From: Calcarisporiella thermophila CBS 279.70 | Taxonomy: Eukaryota > Fungi > Calcarisporiellomycota | Length of the DNA stretch: 64,000 nt | Direction of reading: 5' to 3' | Assembly (NCBI RefSeq): GCF_041956535.1 | Contig: NW_027192225.1 | Span: 2,890-66,889, forward strand | In this document: piece by piece, positions 10,472 to 23,927 of the stretch | Layout: each line of letters starts with the position of its first letter | Numbering within the stretch: the stretch's first letter is position 1 | Program-made: the position numbers and the translations under genes | The notes under the pieces: generated by a model | Database searches by the model: none | Told to the model about the DNA's origin: nothing | The model's input: only the letters and a program-made list of their open reading frames with translations

Positions 10472-13400
10472 CTACGATTGCACCAATGAAGTCTGCTTCT
10501 CTTCCACAGGGATATCGCTCACGACATCATCATGACTCTTGGGCGTGAGGAAGCTCCCTTCTTGTTCCGACTCAAATTTCAAAGCCTCCATATCCTCATC
10601 TCCTTCTACAAAAGCCTCGTCCTCTTCGATCTTCTCTAATTCCAAGGGGGGCCCAGCGGTAGGCTCTACTTCCACAGCTTTCATAGTAGCATTTCGTTCT
10701 ACAGTTTCCCCTGCAGCTAGGAATTTTTCCACCTTGGATATCAAGTGTTTTCCGTACGTAAACTTCTTCAGAGTGACCAAATGGGGTTGAATTTTCTCCA
10801 GCAGCTGTGCCCTCTGCTCTGGAGCGGCAATTTCAAGCATTTTTTGCACAACATAATTTGCAAACTGATCACGCATCATCCCAACAAGCCCTTCACTATC
10901 GATTACCTCCTGGATCAACGCAACTCGATCCGAGCGAGTGCCATAGGTGATGCACCTTTCGATGACATTGCTTGCGAATTTATGCTTGCTAAGGTTGCAA
11001 ACTTGGCCTCGGACACGAGCACACACTTGCATTTTATCCTCGGGACGCCCCCGCTCCAGAACGTGCTGGATCACATAGTTACCATACTGATCGAGCAATA
11101 AATTGTTTGTGTAGCGGTGGAGCTCGGATAGAATCGGTTTCTATACAATAGAGTTAGGTAAAATTGTGTGGAGAAGAGGGGAATAATAAGTCTCTTACTG
11201 TTTGCTCTTCTGTGCAATGCTCAAAAATCCGTTGGATCACTCGGCAGCCATAGGGGTGGGTCGCCAGGTGATAGACTTGCCCATGAAAAGCATCGATGAT
11301 GAACTGTACTTCGCGTGCAGGCACTCGTTCAATTGCTTTCTGAATGACGTGGTTTCCATTCTGATCCTTGACACATTTTAAGATGTGTCCATCAAGCTCA
11401 CGCACAATGGCCGTCTGTTGATCAGCTAGTACATGTTCAAGCGCTTTTTGAACCACTCGACAACCATACATTTGCAAAGTTAGGGAGAGCACATGCCCCT
11501 GCATCTGGTGCGCGAGCATCATCTTGTGGCGCTGGCTGCCATGCTCAAAGAACTTTTGAATCACGTAGTTTCCGAACACATCCGTCATTAATTGCAGGGC
11601 GTTAGGATACACTTCCTCGAATACAAGCTGCTTTTCCTCTGAGTTGGCTGATTCGAGTTTTTGTTGAATGAATCGGGAGCCGTGCTGATCCCCACTAAAT
11701 TCAACGATAAAGCCCGCGATATCCTCGAGCTCGTATCGGCGGGTTTTATTATTACGGAATTCCTCAAGTAGAGGGCTACGGACTACAATATCGGCGGCAA
11801 GATTCCTCTGGGCAGCAAGTATTTGGTGTTGTCGCATTTGCTGCTGAAGTAATAACTGATGACGCAGCTGTTGCTGCTGAAGTAGCAGCCGGTAATTCTG
11901 CAGAGCATGCTTTTTCTCCGCTAGACTTGCAGCAGCATTACGAAGGGATACGTCCCCACCTAGTGGACTTGAATTAAGAGTGGAGTGCACTGAAAGGTTC
12001 AGAGCACCACCCGGAGCGAGAGCGGCCTCGTATGGCTGCCGAGCAAGGTGTTCAACTGGCAGCCCAGTAGCGGTTGGTGAAGGAAGAGTATTTGAGGTAT
12101 TGAGAAGAGGTTGTGGATGACTCTGATATGAAACTACAGGGGACATGATCCCGATCTCGGGACTAGCAAGGTTGCTCATTCCTTGCAGTTCCCAAGGATT
12201 CCCATATATTCCTTGACTATGTTGACGTGAGCCCATTCGTTGGGTGCCCAGCATTTGTGGATTCATATTGAGTAGTGCCTGATATTCCCGAGTCGCCTGG
12301 TTCTGGGGCAGACGCTCATGATGAGGAGTCCCCTGTTTTTTCTGTTGGAAGTAAGTGTCACGTAAGTCATCAAAACTAAATGTTTGCAAGATGGCAAATG
12401 ATCTGCTTTACCGGTGCATCTGACAACTCCAATCCTTGCATCGCCATAAGTAGCTCAGCGTTCTCTATCCTGACCCTTTCTGATATCTCCTCACCCATTA
12501 CTCCTGCACCTATGTCTATTCCATTCATCATATCGTGGTGATGACGAGAGGAAAATTCTTGAGAGGGTGGGGTAGAATTTGCTCTTGGTGGGAGCTCGTT
12601 CATCTGGGTGTGAGAGGTAGACTGTATCATTCCAAAATTTTGACTGGATAACACATGTCTAGGATTTTCGTCATAGACCGGATGGTGTGTGTATCCAAGC
12701 TCTGCAGAGTAGTCATTTGTAGAGAAAGTTTGCTGAGCGTCATAGGTGCTCGAAGGGGTGATATAGTGGTCCATTGCGGAGGAAGAGTTGCGTGAGATGA
12801 AATCAGCTGCACCTCTAACAGGAAATTGAGATTGATTATCAGCAATAGATGTGCGCTGCGCCAGAGAATCCGTTCTAGCCCCATTCAAGCTCCTAGTTTG
12901 CCCTCCCCCATACTCGACGGTACGCTGCCATATAGATGCACCTGGCCCGGCGACAACAGCAGATGTTGGCGCAAATGCCAAGTCAAATACATTATTTTGC
13001 TCAATATTGGCAACGGGTAACTCACGCGCCGTGAAAGTGCCTAGTTTTTGATTAAATCCTGAATTCAATTTTAGTTTTTATTTTCAATTTCCTTCCTATC
13101 TCTTAGTCATAGATAAAAGTGCATACCGAGTCCATATGATCGGCCCAAGTTTTTCTCGGAGTTGGTAGAGAAGGTAACTGGCCCATTTAAATTCAGGCCA
13201 CCTCCCCATACTTGCCATGCCGCCGCCGAGGATGGGCTCGTGCTTGTTAAGGACATATTTGATTCATCGTGTCCATACCCATGCAGATGCCGGAGCGTTG
13301 GAGGGCTTTCATCTCCTTCCAGGGTGCTGGAAGAGGTGGACTCACTACTTCTAAGTAGGTGCTGTGAAGGCGGAGCGCTATTGGAGCGGCTCAGGTCATT

Positions 13401-13567
13401 GTGGTCAGAAATGTTCTCACATCCTTGGTCGTATCTTTCAGGTAAAAAGGATGAGAGATGCTAATTTAAAGTGAGAGTATTAGAATCCAAGCTGAGTACT
13501 AAGATAAACAGTCAATAGAGGAAAAATAAGAGGAGGAAACTCCTACCTGTCCTTGGTGCTCTTTCAT
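10472..13567 (-). CDS. PUM/PUF3: Pumilio/PUF RNA-binding protein (Puf3/PUM type, ~5 exons)
   Basis: Eight Puf repeats ([72 protein letters not shown]) and a low-complexity/polyQ N-terminus. Start inferred from a short first exon MKEHQGQ. Confidence 0.92.
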
Positions 13568-14615
13568 GGCCAATGGTTGGTAAATATTCGATTTGTTATT
13601 TCTAAAGACTGGGTCGTCTGTAAAGGTGCGCGGCAGCATTATTCAAGATACTCTCTAGTAATAAATTTTAAACTAATGGTAGCGAATTTCTTCCGTAAAA
13701 ACGAAGTTAGGTGAAATCGGCATAAGGCTCTAACAAATCCATCATTCTAGCTTACCCCTAATGCTGAGAGATATATCTCCACACTCTCCTCCCTAATATT
13801 GAAGAAAGGGATACTTCAACTAAAGTGGGGGAATTAGGTTTAAGAATTAAGGGTGCGAATTATGGACATATAATAAAGGCTTCAGAACTTCAAAATATTG
13901 GGAATGGTAACACAGTGAGAAAGGAGGAGAGAAGCTAAGAGGGTGAGAGAACAGGGATGATGACTATATACAAGATGATCGTTATATACAATATAAATCT
14001 TTTTGGTTTGAGAAAACTGAGGGAAACAATCCGTTTCTCACACCCAAAAAAAAAAATAGAATCAGAGAAACCTTATTTATTTCTAAGCCATACTGTGACG
14101 TTGCTCCCAAGATATTTTTGTAATTTTTCTGGAACAGGGCATATGTCATAGGATAATCGGATGGTATTTTATCTGCCAAGACACTTCATGCTAAGGTAGT
14201 AAATGGGTTTGGAGTTTAGACGGGCACCAAGTGAGATATCCACTAGCCAAGTCATATATTCAGAGGCATTATCATCTACTGTTCTCTATTCACAGTGTAT
14301 AGCATACAATGCGCTAATTGTTAATGTTACATAGCTTTTGTTTTGTTTAAATACAGTCAGATTCGGGATGATCATAAAATTTCTTGTTTCCATAACAAGA
14401 ATAAATTATTATCAAAAACTTATTCATTTTTTCGGTGTCAAGTGTCGCAATAATCTCATCAGATAAAGAAATGAAAAAAAAAGAGCTAGGCTGGATTGGA
14501 ATGGCATAGTTTCTATTTTACAAAAGGAAAAAAAAAAAATAAATGTCATCAAGTTTTCCAAGATGATTACTCTCAGTATCGCAGGTCCTCTCTGTAAAGG
14601 TAGAGTAGATCTTCC

Positions 14616-17600
14616 TTACACGCGCCTGGCAATATTGTCCAGGTATTCATTCTCCAATGGGCCTGCCCTTGCGGCTAGGGCTCGTTTCAATTTTGATGCA
14701 AACTGCTCTTTTCTCAAAAAGTCTATCGTCGATTGGGCCGATGCAGCCGTATATGGCACGCGTTGCAGTTTTGAGGGAGACGCCCCTAGAGCTGCACGGT
14801 GTTGTAGTGGTGAGCCGGAGTCACGTTTGGAAGTTGCAAAGGAATCTCCCAGAGAAAGCCGAGAGAGAGAAGTATTGAGCTCGTCTAATTCTTGCGCACG
14901 ATCCGAGATGGCGCTGCTAATATTGCGGATGACGCGATGGATAGTGTCGAGCGAGGGTGCACGAAGCGAGCGACTTCCTCCAATTTTTTGCTCCTGCACA
15001 TACTCTTTCATTTGGGCGAGGCATTCCTCCATGCATGCGATCTGTTCGCTCACTTTCTGAATTGCCTTCCGCAAGCGCTGCTGATCCTCTGCTTGCTCTG
15101 GCCCGAGGTTGCGCACTTTTACAAGCTTGGCGAACTCTGGATCCATGCGTGCTCGAAGAAAGCGGGCCGCTTCCTCACGCTTCGTCTCAATTTTCAGAAG
15201 GTCGCTTTCCATATTCAGCACCTCGCGATTAAGCTGTGCAGCATTTTTACGTTCCCTGTGGGCCTCTTCGACAAGTTTCTCGACAAGCTGTACGAGGGAT
15301 GAAAGATCTCCAAGGGACCAGTCTTCAGGATTACCAAGGTCTTCTTCTGATCGGATATCGGCAGACGATCGCTTTAAGCAGCAGAGCTCGTCGTTGATCT
15401 GCAGAATGCGAGCATGTAAACCGCTCAATTCCCGGGAAAGTGCGCTATAGGTATCATCAAACTCCTTGGTGATGACTTCTTCAGTAGTAGCAGGAGCGGT
15501 TCGTGCCGTGTCTTGATTTTCCTTTCCAGGTGCGGGAGTTGGTGCAGGTTTCTCTTCCTTCTTTACCTCAGCGACTCCTTTTGACATAACTCCAAAAGTT
15601 GGAGCAGTTATCGATGGGGGGGCAGGCGTTGGCTCCTTCTTTTGTGCCACATCAGCTCCCAACTTAAATCCTCCGAAAGATGGTACTGGAGGAGGAGCCA
15701 CCGCCGAAGAAGTAGAGGGCAACATTCTGAAGGAGCTCGAAGTCGGGGCTTGGGTAAGGGACTTAGAGGAAGTGAGAAGAGGAGATGCCTCTTTGTTCTC
15801 CTCCTTCTTTTCACCGAGAGTAAATCCACCAAACGAGATTCCTGTAAGCTAAATTAGCAGTTTTGAAAAATAAGCATAATTCGAGTTAGATATGATCAGA
15901 CCGGAAAAGTTAAAAATCAATTTCATTTTTTTTACCTCTTTAGCCGCTGGGAGAGCAGACTGAGGTTTACCGAGATCGCCAAATGGAAAAGAGGGGGTTT
16001 TTGGCGCTTTTTCGACGTTATCTGCTTTTTCGCCAAATGAGAATTTTGGGTCTCCGAAGGTGGGGCGAGGAATAACAGCAGCAGCGGTAGTAGCTGGTAC
16101 CACTGGAGCGGCGCCTTCCTGTTTTGTTTCAGCTTTCCCGCCACCAAGGTTGAAATTGCCAAAGGATGGAATGACAGGGGTAGAAGTAGTCGGAGCCGAA
16201 GGCTCCGACTTAGTAGTTGCGGGGCTAAATGGAGAAACAGTGGTCCCCGAAGTGTTAAAAGAAAAAGTGCCAATGGACGTGGATGGTCCAAATTTGAACA
16301 TGGGGGGTTCCTCTGGTTTCTTGGGCTCTTCAGAGATTGTGGGAGCTTCCACAGGTTTTTCAACGGTGATAGACGGGGCGGATTCTTTATGCTTCTCAGT
16401 TGGCTCTACAGACTTCGCTTCGGGCACTTCAGTTGGAGCAGAAGGGGGTAGAGTTGTAGAGAGAGCAGGCGCTTCTATGTTTAACTCCCCAAGATTCAGT
16501 GAATTAAACGAAAGCTCTGCCGTACTCTATCAGTTGGGAATAAAAATAATTAAAATGTTCTTTGGTGGATAAGATAAAAATAGTAAATAGAGATACAATA
16601 CCTCAACAGATTTATCAGCAATTCCAACTTTCTCATCTTTGCCCTCACCATCCTTCTCTTTTTGCACTTCAGTTTCTACCGCTGACTCAGGCAATTTCTG
16701 AACCTGTTGGACTCCCTCTTTCTGGGCAACAAATACATCCTCAGTCGAACTTTCCGGTTTTGCTTCCTTCTCTTTCTCCAGTTCGACCTCAGAAGAGGTT
16801 GGCTTCAACGCAGTGTTTTCTGCCGGTAATGCGCCGGCAATGCTTCCAAATGAAAACACAGGCTTCGGTGGTTCTTCATTAGATTTTGTAGTAGTCTCTT
16901 TAGCTTGTTGGCCCAGAGCCGCAAATGAGAAAGCGGTAGATCCGAAAGCAGGGGCGGCTGGTGTAGTGGTAGTAGGAAAAGCGGGAGCGGGTGATCCTCC
17001 AAAACCAGTGAAACCAAATCCAGATTGGCCGAATGCAGGTGCAGAGGATTTAGCCGCACCAAAAGGAGTTTGTGCACCAAATGTTGAGCCCGAAAAAGGC
17101 GAAGGCGCTGCAGTAGCAAATGGGGATGTTCCACCTGTAGCCGCTGAAGCAGCAGCAAATGGAGAATTACCGGCGAAACTAAAAGGAGAGGGAGTAGATG
17201 CTTGCGCGTTCGATTTTGGAGCACTAACAGTACCAAATGAGGAGCTAGATCCGAACGCAGAGCCAGAGCCTAGCATTGCAAAGGGAGAGCTCGAGCTAGG
17301 GGCAGCACTAGAAGCAGAGGGCGTTTGAAGAGGTGCAACTGGTTTGGGCCTTTCAGCAGGTGTAGGGGGAGATATCAAAGGTGCGGCAGAGGCGATTGTG
17401 CCGGGCATTGGAATCGGTTGTGCTGGTGTCATTCCTGCACATCTCTCCCCGTTTTGGACGGCTGCAATATTTAGACAATGATATGCACTGACCATTCCTT
17501 CGTTATTAAACACATAAAGAATGGGCACTGGGGGAATCGGCGTCTCATCGATTTCAGGGGCAAGCGGGGGAAGTTCATCACTGGAGGTGAAATCAAGCGC

Positions 17601-19131
17601 CAAGCCTAGAGGAACAGTGTCCAAGTCTGTTTCCTTGGAAAGAGGCATGGATGCACGGTGGGTCTCATCTAGAATCCATAACTGCCACGCATTTTCGCCA
17701 TTATGTCCAAGCACACTTATATCTATGGATGGAATGTTGGCAGAAAGGACTATGTGCTTTGCATTAGAGCCCCTATAGATAGATGATCACTAATTAAATG
17801 ACTGTCGAGATAATTAAGGAAAAATTAGGAGAGTACCAATTCCGAATCAACTCGAAGTAATAATGAGATCGCCACTCCCCTGCGCCAAAACTCATGCAGA
17901 TTTCACGGAAATTGATGTATCGCGGATTATTTTTGTCTTCCTCTGAGATCACGTACACGTCCACGGGTTGTGTTTCATCGTCGGGAGAAGCATAAGCAAC
18001 TACAAAAACTGCATTTTCAAGCCATAATACATCTTGGACTATCAGCAGCATCATTAGGCGAATTAGCTGGATGAAATACCTTAACAATCAAGCTAGGCAC
18101 AAATAGACATACCTGATCTTGCGGGTTGAGCGCTCGCTACGGACGGGGGTGGGGAGTGTACTTTCTTCCGAGCACCATCTGGTGCATATTGAACTAGAGT
18201 TGCTTCGCGGGTACCGCAAACGACTCTTTTTCCTTTTGGCGACCAGCAAACTACAACAAAAAAATGATAAATTTTGTGTGCGTTCATATAGGTTTCAAAG
18301 ACCATTCACGTACTTGATGTGAAATTATTTCCCTCGAGTGTGGCTACAAGCCCACCTTTCATGTCCATAAGCTTGACCTGGCCGCTTGCGAGTAATACAG
18401 CAAATATATTTGCATTATCACCAGGATTTGGCCGAACGTCAAGAATAGACTCGCCAAGTGAAATAACCTGTTCTGGTCCCATCGAAGGTTTCTATATTCA
18501 TAAATATAAATACATACACACATATATGTTTAAAAAAAATCAACATTTAGTAATTATCGAATAAATGGGATTGATCTTACCCATTGTGCCAGCTTCTCCA
18601 AATTGTACATCAAAATGTTTCCACCCCCCACGGTGACGATCACGGTGAGCTGGTCCGCAGAAATCCGTAAATGATGCACATGCCCCTGACTTACCGCTAC
18701 CTGTGTTTGTGCTTTTAGTTTGGTGATCTCTTGCTTCGGGCTTTCCTTAAATGCGTTACGGAGTGATTGAAGTGTGTCGAATACGAAACCTTGAATGAAT
18801 AGAATCATTGGGTTTAGATAATTTCTTTTGACAAAGTGAAAATAATAAATAACCACCTTGTTGTGTTGCGGCAACAAAGTATCCATATTTATTAGAGACT
18901 GCAAAAAGTGACACATGAGAAGGAGTGTCTTCAGCTGTGAAGGGGGTGTCTGACACTTGGATCAACGCGCCCGCGTTCAGCTGCCGAAGCTGAAAGAACT
19001 ATTAGATTATAGTGTCAATGAAACTACGCCTGTTTTTGATCTCGATCAATCAATAATAATAGTACTTCAACACTCTCTTCCTGACCGTCTTCTTCCGGCG
19101 TGTTTTGATCCAAAGCCGAGAATCGACTCAT
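14616..19131 (-). CDS. NUP159: Nucleoporin Nup159/Nup214-like (multi-exon)
   Basis: N-terminal beta-propeller-like exons (LFAVSNKYGYFVA, WSPKGKRVVCG), central FG/FSFG/PAFG repeats, C-terminal coiled coil with LGPEQ motif. Confidence 0.85.
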
Positions 19132-19298
19132 GCTCTTGTTTATAGGAAGAAATCCAAAGAGCGTTAAACAAACGATTTGGACGCGGTATTAGTATTGTCG
19201 GTGGCTTATATTTCTGAAACTCGAACTCAGATAAGTTTGTTTATATTCTATCTCGAAATGGTTTATTTCTTTTCATACTCCCTCTCACTCCCTTTACC

Positions 19299-20888
19299 AT
19301 GCTCGACTTTTTACTTCCACCTCCACCTTCAACTTGGTCGAAGGATGCTACTTTCAATATCCACAAAACCATCTCAGGTGAATCATCTGCTCATTATTGC
19401 TATTCAATCTAAACTAACTCAACTTTTCAACTGATTTAGCCCCCATTGAGAAGGTAGTAGAGCCTGCCGGCACTCATTTTATCGCTTCGGTTAATCGAAA
19501 ACTCGCCAACCGCACCCTCTCCCAAGAGGAGCGCCACTTGCAGGAGCAATTGACTGCCAAGGAGAAGGAACAGGATGAAGGGGAAGCTTTCGAGGAGGAG
19601 GAGGAAGACCCAGCCCTTCTGGAGCTAGATCCCAAGGAATGGAAGGTAAGCATACTCTCTATTTATTAAGGATCCTGTTGTTTGTACACTCTAGTTTCCA
19701 TGTCTTCCTTTCATGACTGGAGACTTTTTATATACAAACAAGATAAAATATCATTCCTCGCTACTTCACCTGTAACTGCCTATAAGGGTCAGTTACAATT
19801 GGTCTATCCCTGAGGAAACATTTCCGTTTTTTCTTTCTTTCTCTTTCTGTCTCCAAACATATTGTTAATCGTTGATTTCGCAACAGCATCATGATCTCTA
19901 CGCAATTCTGGGCATCACCAAGCTTCGTTACAAGGCCACCGATGAACAGATAAAGAATGCATACCGCCGAAAAGTTCTGAAACATCACCCCGACAAGAAG
20001 GCAGCATCCGGCAATGTGAACGACGACTCCTTCTACAAGTGCATTCAGCGTGCCTACGATATCCTGACAACTCGTCGTCGTGAATACGATTCCGTGGATT
20101 TTGGCATGGACGAGTCTGTGCCGAGCCCCAAAGCCAAGGGCGACTTCTTTAAACTCTATGGCCCAGTGTTTGAACGTGAGTCTCGCTTCTCCAACAAGCA
20201 TCCAGTTCCACAGCTAGGCGACATCACCTCGACGCGAGAGGAGGTGGAGACCTTCTATGATTTCTGGTACAACTTCGACAGTTGGAGATCCTTTGAACAT
20301 CTGGATGAGGAGGATGTGGAGAGCGCAGACAACCGAGAAGACAAGCGTTGGCTGGAGAAGAAGAATCGCGCTGCTCGTGCCAAGCGGAAGAAGGAGGATA
20401 ATGCCCGCCTCCGCAGCATTGTAGATCAGGCCTTGAGTCTTGACCCTCGTATCAAGTTGTTCAAAGAGGAGGACCGTAAGCGTCGCAATGCTAAGAAAAA
20501 CCAGCGTGCCGAGGCGGAACGGCAGGCCGCGGAGGAGAAGAAGAAAAAGGAGGAAGAGGAAAGACTGGCCAAGGAACGGGCCGAGGCTGAGGAGAAAGAA
20601 CAGCGTGAAAAGGAGAAGAAGAACAAGGAGCTGCTGAAGAGGGCGGTGAGGAAAGAAAAGAAGACAATCAAGGCCTTAATGAAAGACCATCACTATTTTG
20701 TGGCAGATCTTGCCGAGGGCCAGGAGCCCTCTGCAATTCAAGTGGAAGAGCAGCTTCAGAAGCTTGATCGCCTGTTTGACCGCCTGAAGACGCTGGAGGA
20801 ATTGGAGGCCGTGCGCAAGCGAATTGAGGAGGCTGCACCCCAAGGCACTGCAAACCAGGTGTTGGACGAGGAGCTGGCCAAAGAATAG
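19299..20888 (+). CDS. ZUO1: Zuotin, ribosome-associated J-domain chaperone (3 exons)
   Basis: VEPAG and DPKEWK N-terminus, J domain with HHPDK, ZHD FYDFWYNFDSWRSFE, charged middle domain. Introns ~19378-19439 and 19646-19886. No SANT domains. Confidence 0.95.
19678..19823 (+). ncRNA. snR80-like: Intronic box H/ACA snoRNA, probable snR80 counterpart
   Basis: Hairpin 1 (TGTTTGTA/TACAAACA), H box AGATAA 19741-19746, hairpin 2 (TTCCTC/GAGGAA), ACA 19818-19820 three nt from the end. Both pockets sit 15 nt from their boxes and are complementary to rRNA. Confidence 0.85.
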
Positions 20889-21410
20889 GAGTGCGTCGAG
20901 CTGAGTTTCAGCACTTGTTGCTCGAAATACTATATGTCATTGATTACAATTTGATATATCTACTATTGGATATAAGCTCAAGTATTTATGCACCTTTGTA
21001 ATATCAATCCACTAGAAAATAGACTTCAGGCTCTTTTAAGGCTTCTCTTGTAATGCTTTGAGAAAAAAAACTCTCTCTTGTGCCGGCCACAGCCGCTAAT
21101 TTAAAGTTGAGCATGCTTGAACTTTGACCCTTCCCACTAGGAGTAGATCCAAAGAGGGGATATTACTAGTGGAAAAACTTTTCTACAAATACTCTCCTGG
21201 CTATCCAATCGAAAGTCCCTGCCGTGACTGCCATCTCCGAACCAAGAAATGTGAGCCACCTAGTTGTTTCTTATTTTCCGGGAGCTGAGCAATTAGAACG
21301 CTTGGAACATTCTATGGGATATCCCATCTCATTTTTATTTCCTTTATTTTCTCCTCTCCAAAAATCAATTCCATCTTTATTCTCCTCTCCTCCTTCTGCT
21401 GCGCTTAGAT

Positions 21411-21979
21411 ATGTCTGATCAGAAAGGTAACTACGCCTACCCGGCTTCCCCTGCTCCTGCACAACCTCCTCCGTACGGACAGGGTGCGCAGCAGAATTAC
21501 TCTTACCCTCCTCCTCCCGCCAATGCAAGCTACCAAGGAGGAGCCCCCTCCTATGGTGCCCCACAACAACCCTACGGACAAGATTCACGCTATGGAGGCT
21601 CACCCTACGGCGCACCGCCACAGCAAGGAGGTAAATTGTTATATACGGATTTTTTTGTTTTCATTTATAATCACACATGTATATCCACATATACCTATAT
21701 CTATTTCCTTGAACTGAGGATGAAAATTTGATGAACACTTTTACTCAATCTCTATTCCCACTTGTGTTTACAGGATATTATTCCCCTCAGCCTGCACCAA
21801 ATGTAGTCTACATGCAACAGCAACCACAAAAGAACTCTATGGGAAATGATCTCTGCCTTGGATGGTAAGTTTGATTTCTCATGTCCATCCTAATGAAATT
21901 TCTCCGTATTCATCCTGACTCTCTCCTGCTTAGCGCGTTGGGAGCATGCATGTGCTGTTGCTTAGATGCTATCTTCTAA
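21411..21979 (+). CDS. CYSTM-family Pro/Gln/Tyr-rich, Cys-rich tail-anchored small protein (3 exons)
   Basis: PPPY/QQPY-rich N-terminus. Spliced C-terminus GNDLCLGCALGACMCCCLDAIF*. Confidence 0.85.
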
Positions 21980-23927
21980 TCAAATCCCAGATGGGTGAAG
22001 ATGCATCCATCACTTGCGCTATTTTTCCTTCCCTAACTCCCTTCCCCGGCTCAAGAGCAACCCATATTTATTTACTTTTCATTGAGGATAATATAATTCA
22101 GCCAAGGCGCATCCGTATGATTCCTATATTCTGAAACTGATATACTCTGTTTTTATGTTTTTTTTTTTAAGTCAAAATAAAAAGACGCATTTTTGGAGAG
22201 GCACTGCCCCCTCTTCCAACCTATTCAAGGAGCAAACGGCTTGGTTGTGGCAGAAAGAGAAGAGCATCCAGATACCAATGATTGCCTACCAGGCCTAGAC
22301 GATATTTGATTGAGAATATACGATTCATCAATGTGGCGATTTTACTCAGATATCCTGAGTGGAGCGGTGATAAGAGCGATATTGTGAGATGTTTTGCAAG
22401 GGTGGAGCACTGGAGCATTTCCACGTTGGCTATAAACGCTTATTTGATGTGTACACCGCGAGTTTCTGCTCTGTTGCTGTATACAAAGTGCTAAAATATT
22501 CACCATTGGGCGCGGGATCGTTTGACATCGGTAATCTTGTATTTTTGTGGCCAGCTTTTGAACTTAAGTTGGGCTTTAGTTTTCTCTCCTCTACGCATAC
22601 CCAGTTGAGATGTTTGGATCGAACCACTCGAACCCCCAGTATGGCCACATCTATAGAAGGACGAGTCTTCGTCATTAAAATTAACAAGCATTTGTATTCA
22701 AAAATAAACTGCAGCCTAGGCTTATCTTCTTTCTACACTCTCTCCCTGCGAAATGTCCGCAATTCCCTCGCTTGGCCACACGGTCACATCGTATACTTGT
22801 TTGTTTTATTGTAATATAAGCCGTCTGAGGTACCAAACGCGGCTATTAGCTCAATCATTAATTAGGTTCGAACAAACGAACTACTGTAGATAAACGGAAA
22901 AAGCTTTATAAGATGGGACTGAATCAGCTTAAAGAAGCATGGACAATTATCTAGATTTTGTATAATCACGAATGCAGGCTTCGTGAAATTAATGAAATCC
23001 AAGGGGATGTTAGAAAGAGTCTAATAAAACTTTCACCTCCAAATTTGCAAGCACTTCAATAGATGATTCCAAATGGATCCTCACCCGATATTCACTGCAT
23101 AGACTTCCCCTCTATTACCTGTTTGAAGATTGGGGTCCGATGAGTTCATGCGCGTCCTTGAATTGGGGAACAAGTTGGCTAATTTGTAAGAGAATCCATA
23201 ATACTTAAAATAGAAGCTCGCCCCACTTTTGATAATGTCATGAACCAGAGTGCCCAGAGCGACCGTCAGTTTTCGTAACCAGAATGCTTTTATTGGATGC
23301 CTTTGCGGGTCCCTCTAATCTTCATATCTACAGCGAGAAGACGGGCATGGGTTGCAGCAGTGCGCAGAGCTCTACATCACCAATTTGGTTCATATTAATT
23401 GACTTTGCTTTGCCACCATTCAAAGATTGCATTTGGAACTCCGGCACCGATCAATGCTATCTCCCCCCGTTCCTCCGTAAAGAAAAAAGTGGAAGAGGTT
23501 AATCGGTGGTAAGAAAAATAACAATTAAACCGCGCCCAAGATGTTGCCACGGACTTCCAGAGTATTCAATCATCGCACTCTTCTCGCCACCAGCGGCCTA
23601 TTAATTGCACTATTCTCATTATGGGTGGAATGTATTTCGGGTCGTAGTTTGCATAGAGGATTGGGAACATCGCCTCGCAGAATGGTGTTTTTATTGGGCT
23701 CTGGGGAATAGAAAACTAAATAGCAATAACGGGACAAAAGACATAGAACTAATAAAATGCGATATCCAATAAGCTTATAGGTGCCAAATAATATAGTATG
23801 AATGGGGTTCCATAATAAGGGATGGAGAAACGAAGCACAACAATAGACATTCTTAGATAGGTGCATAGGGGGGATAAGTGTAGAACGATTAATTTATGAG
23901 CGCCTCTGGAACAAGGAGTCCCAGCCA

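Noticed and set aside
14592-14619. 28-nt GTAAG...TTTACAG mini-intron at the NUP159 end
   Set aside because: Far shorter than other introns here, and the in-frame stop at 14616 gives a plausible end.
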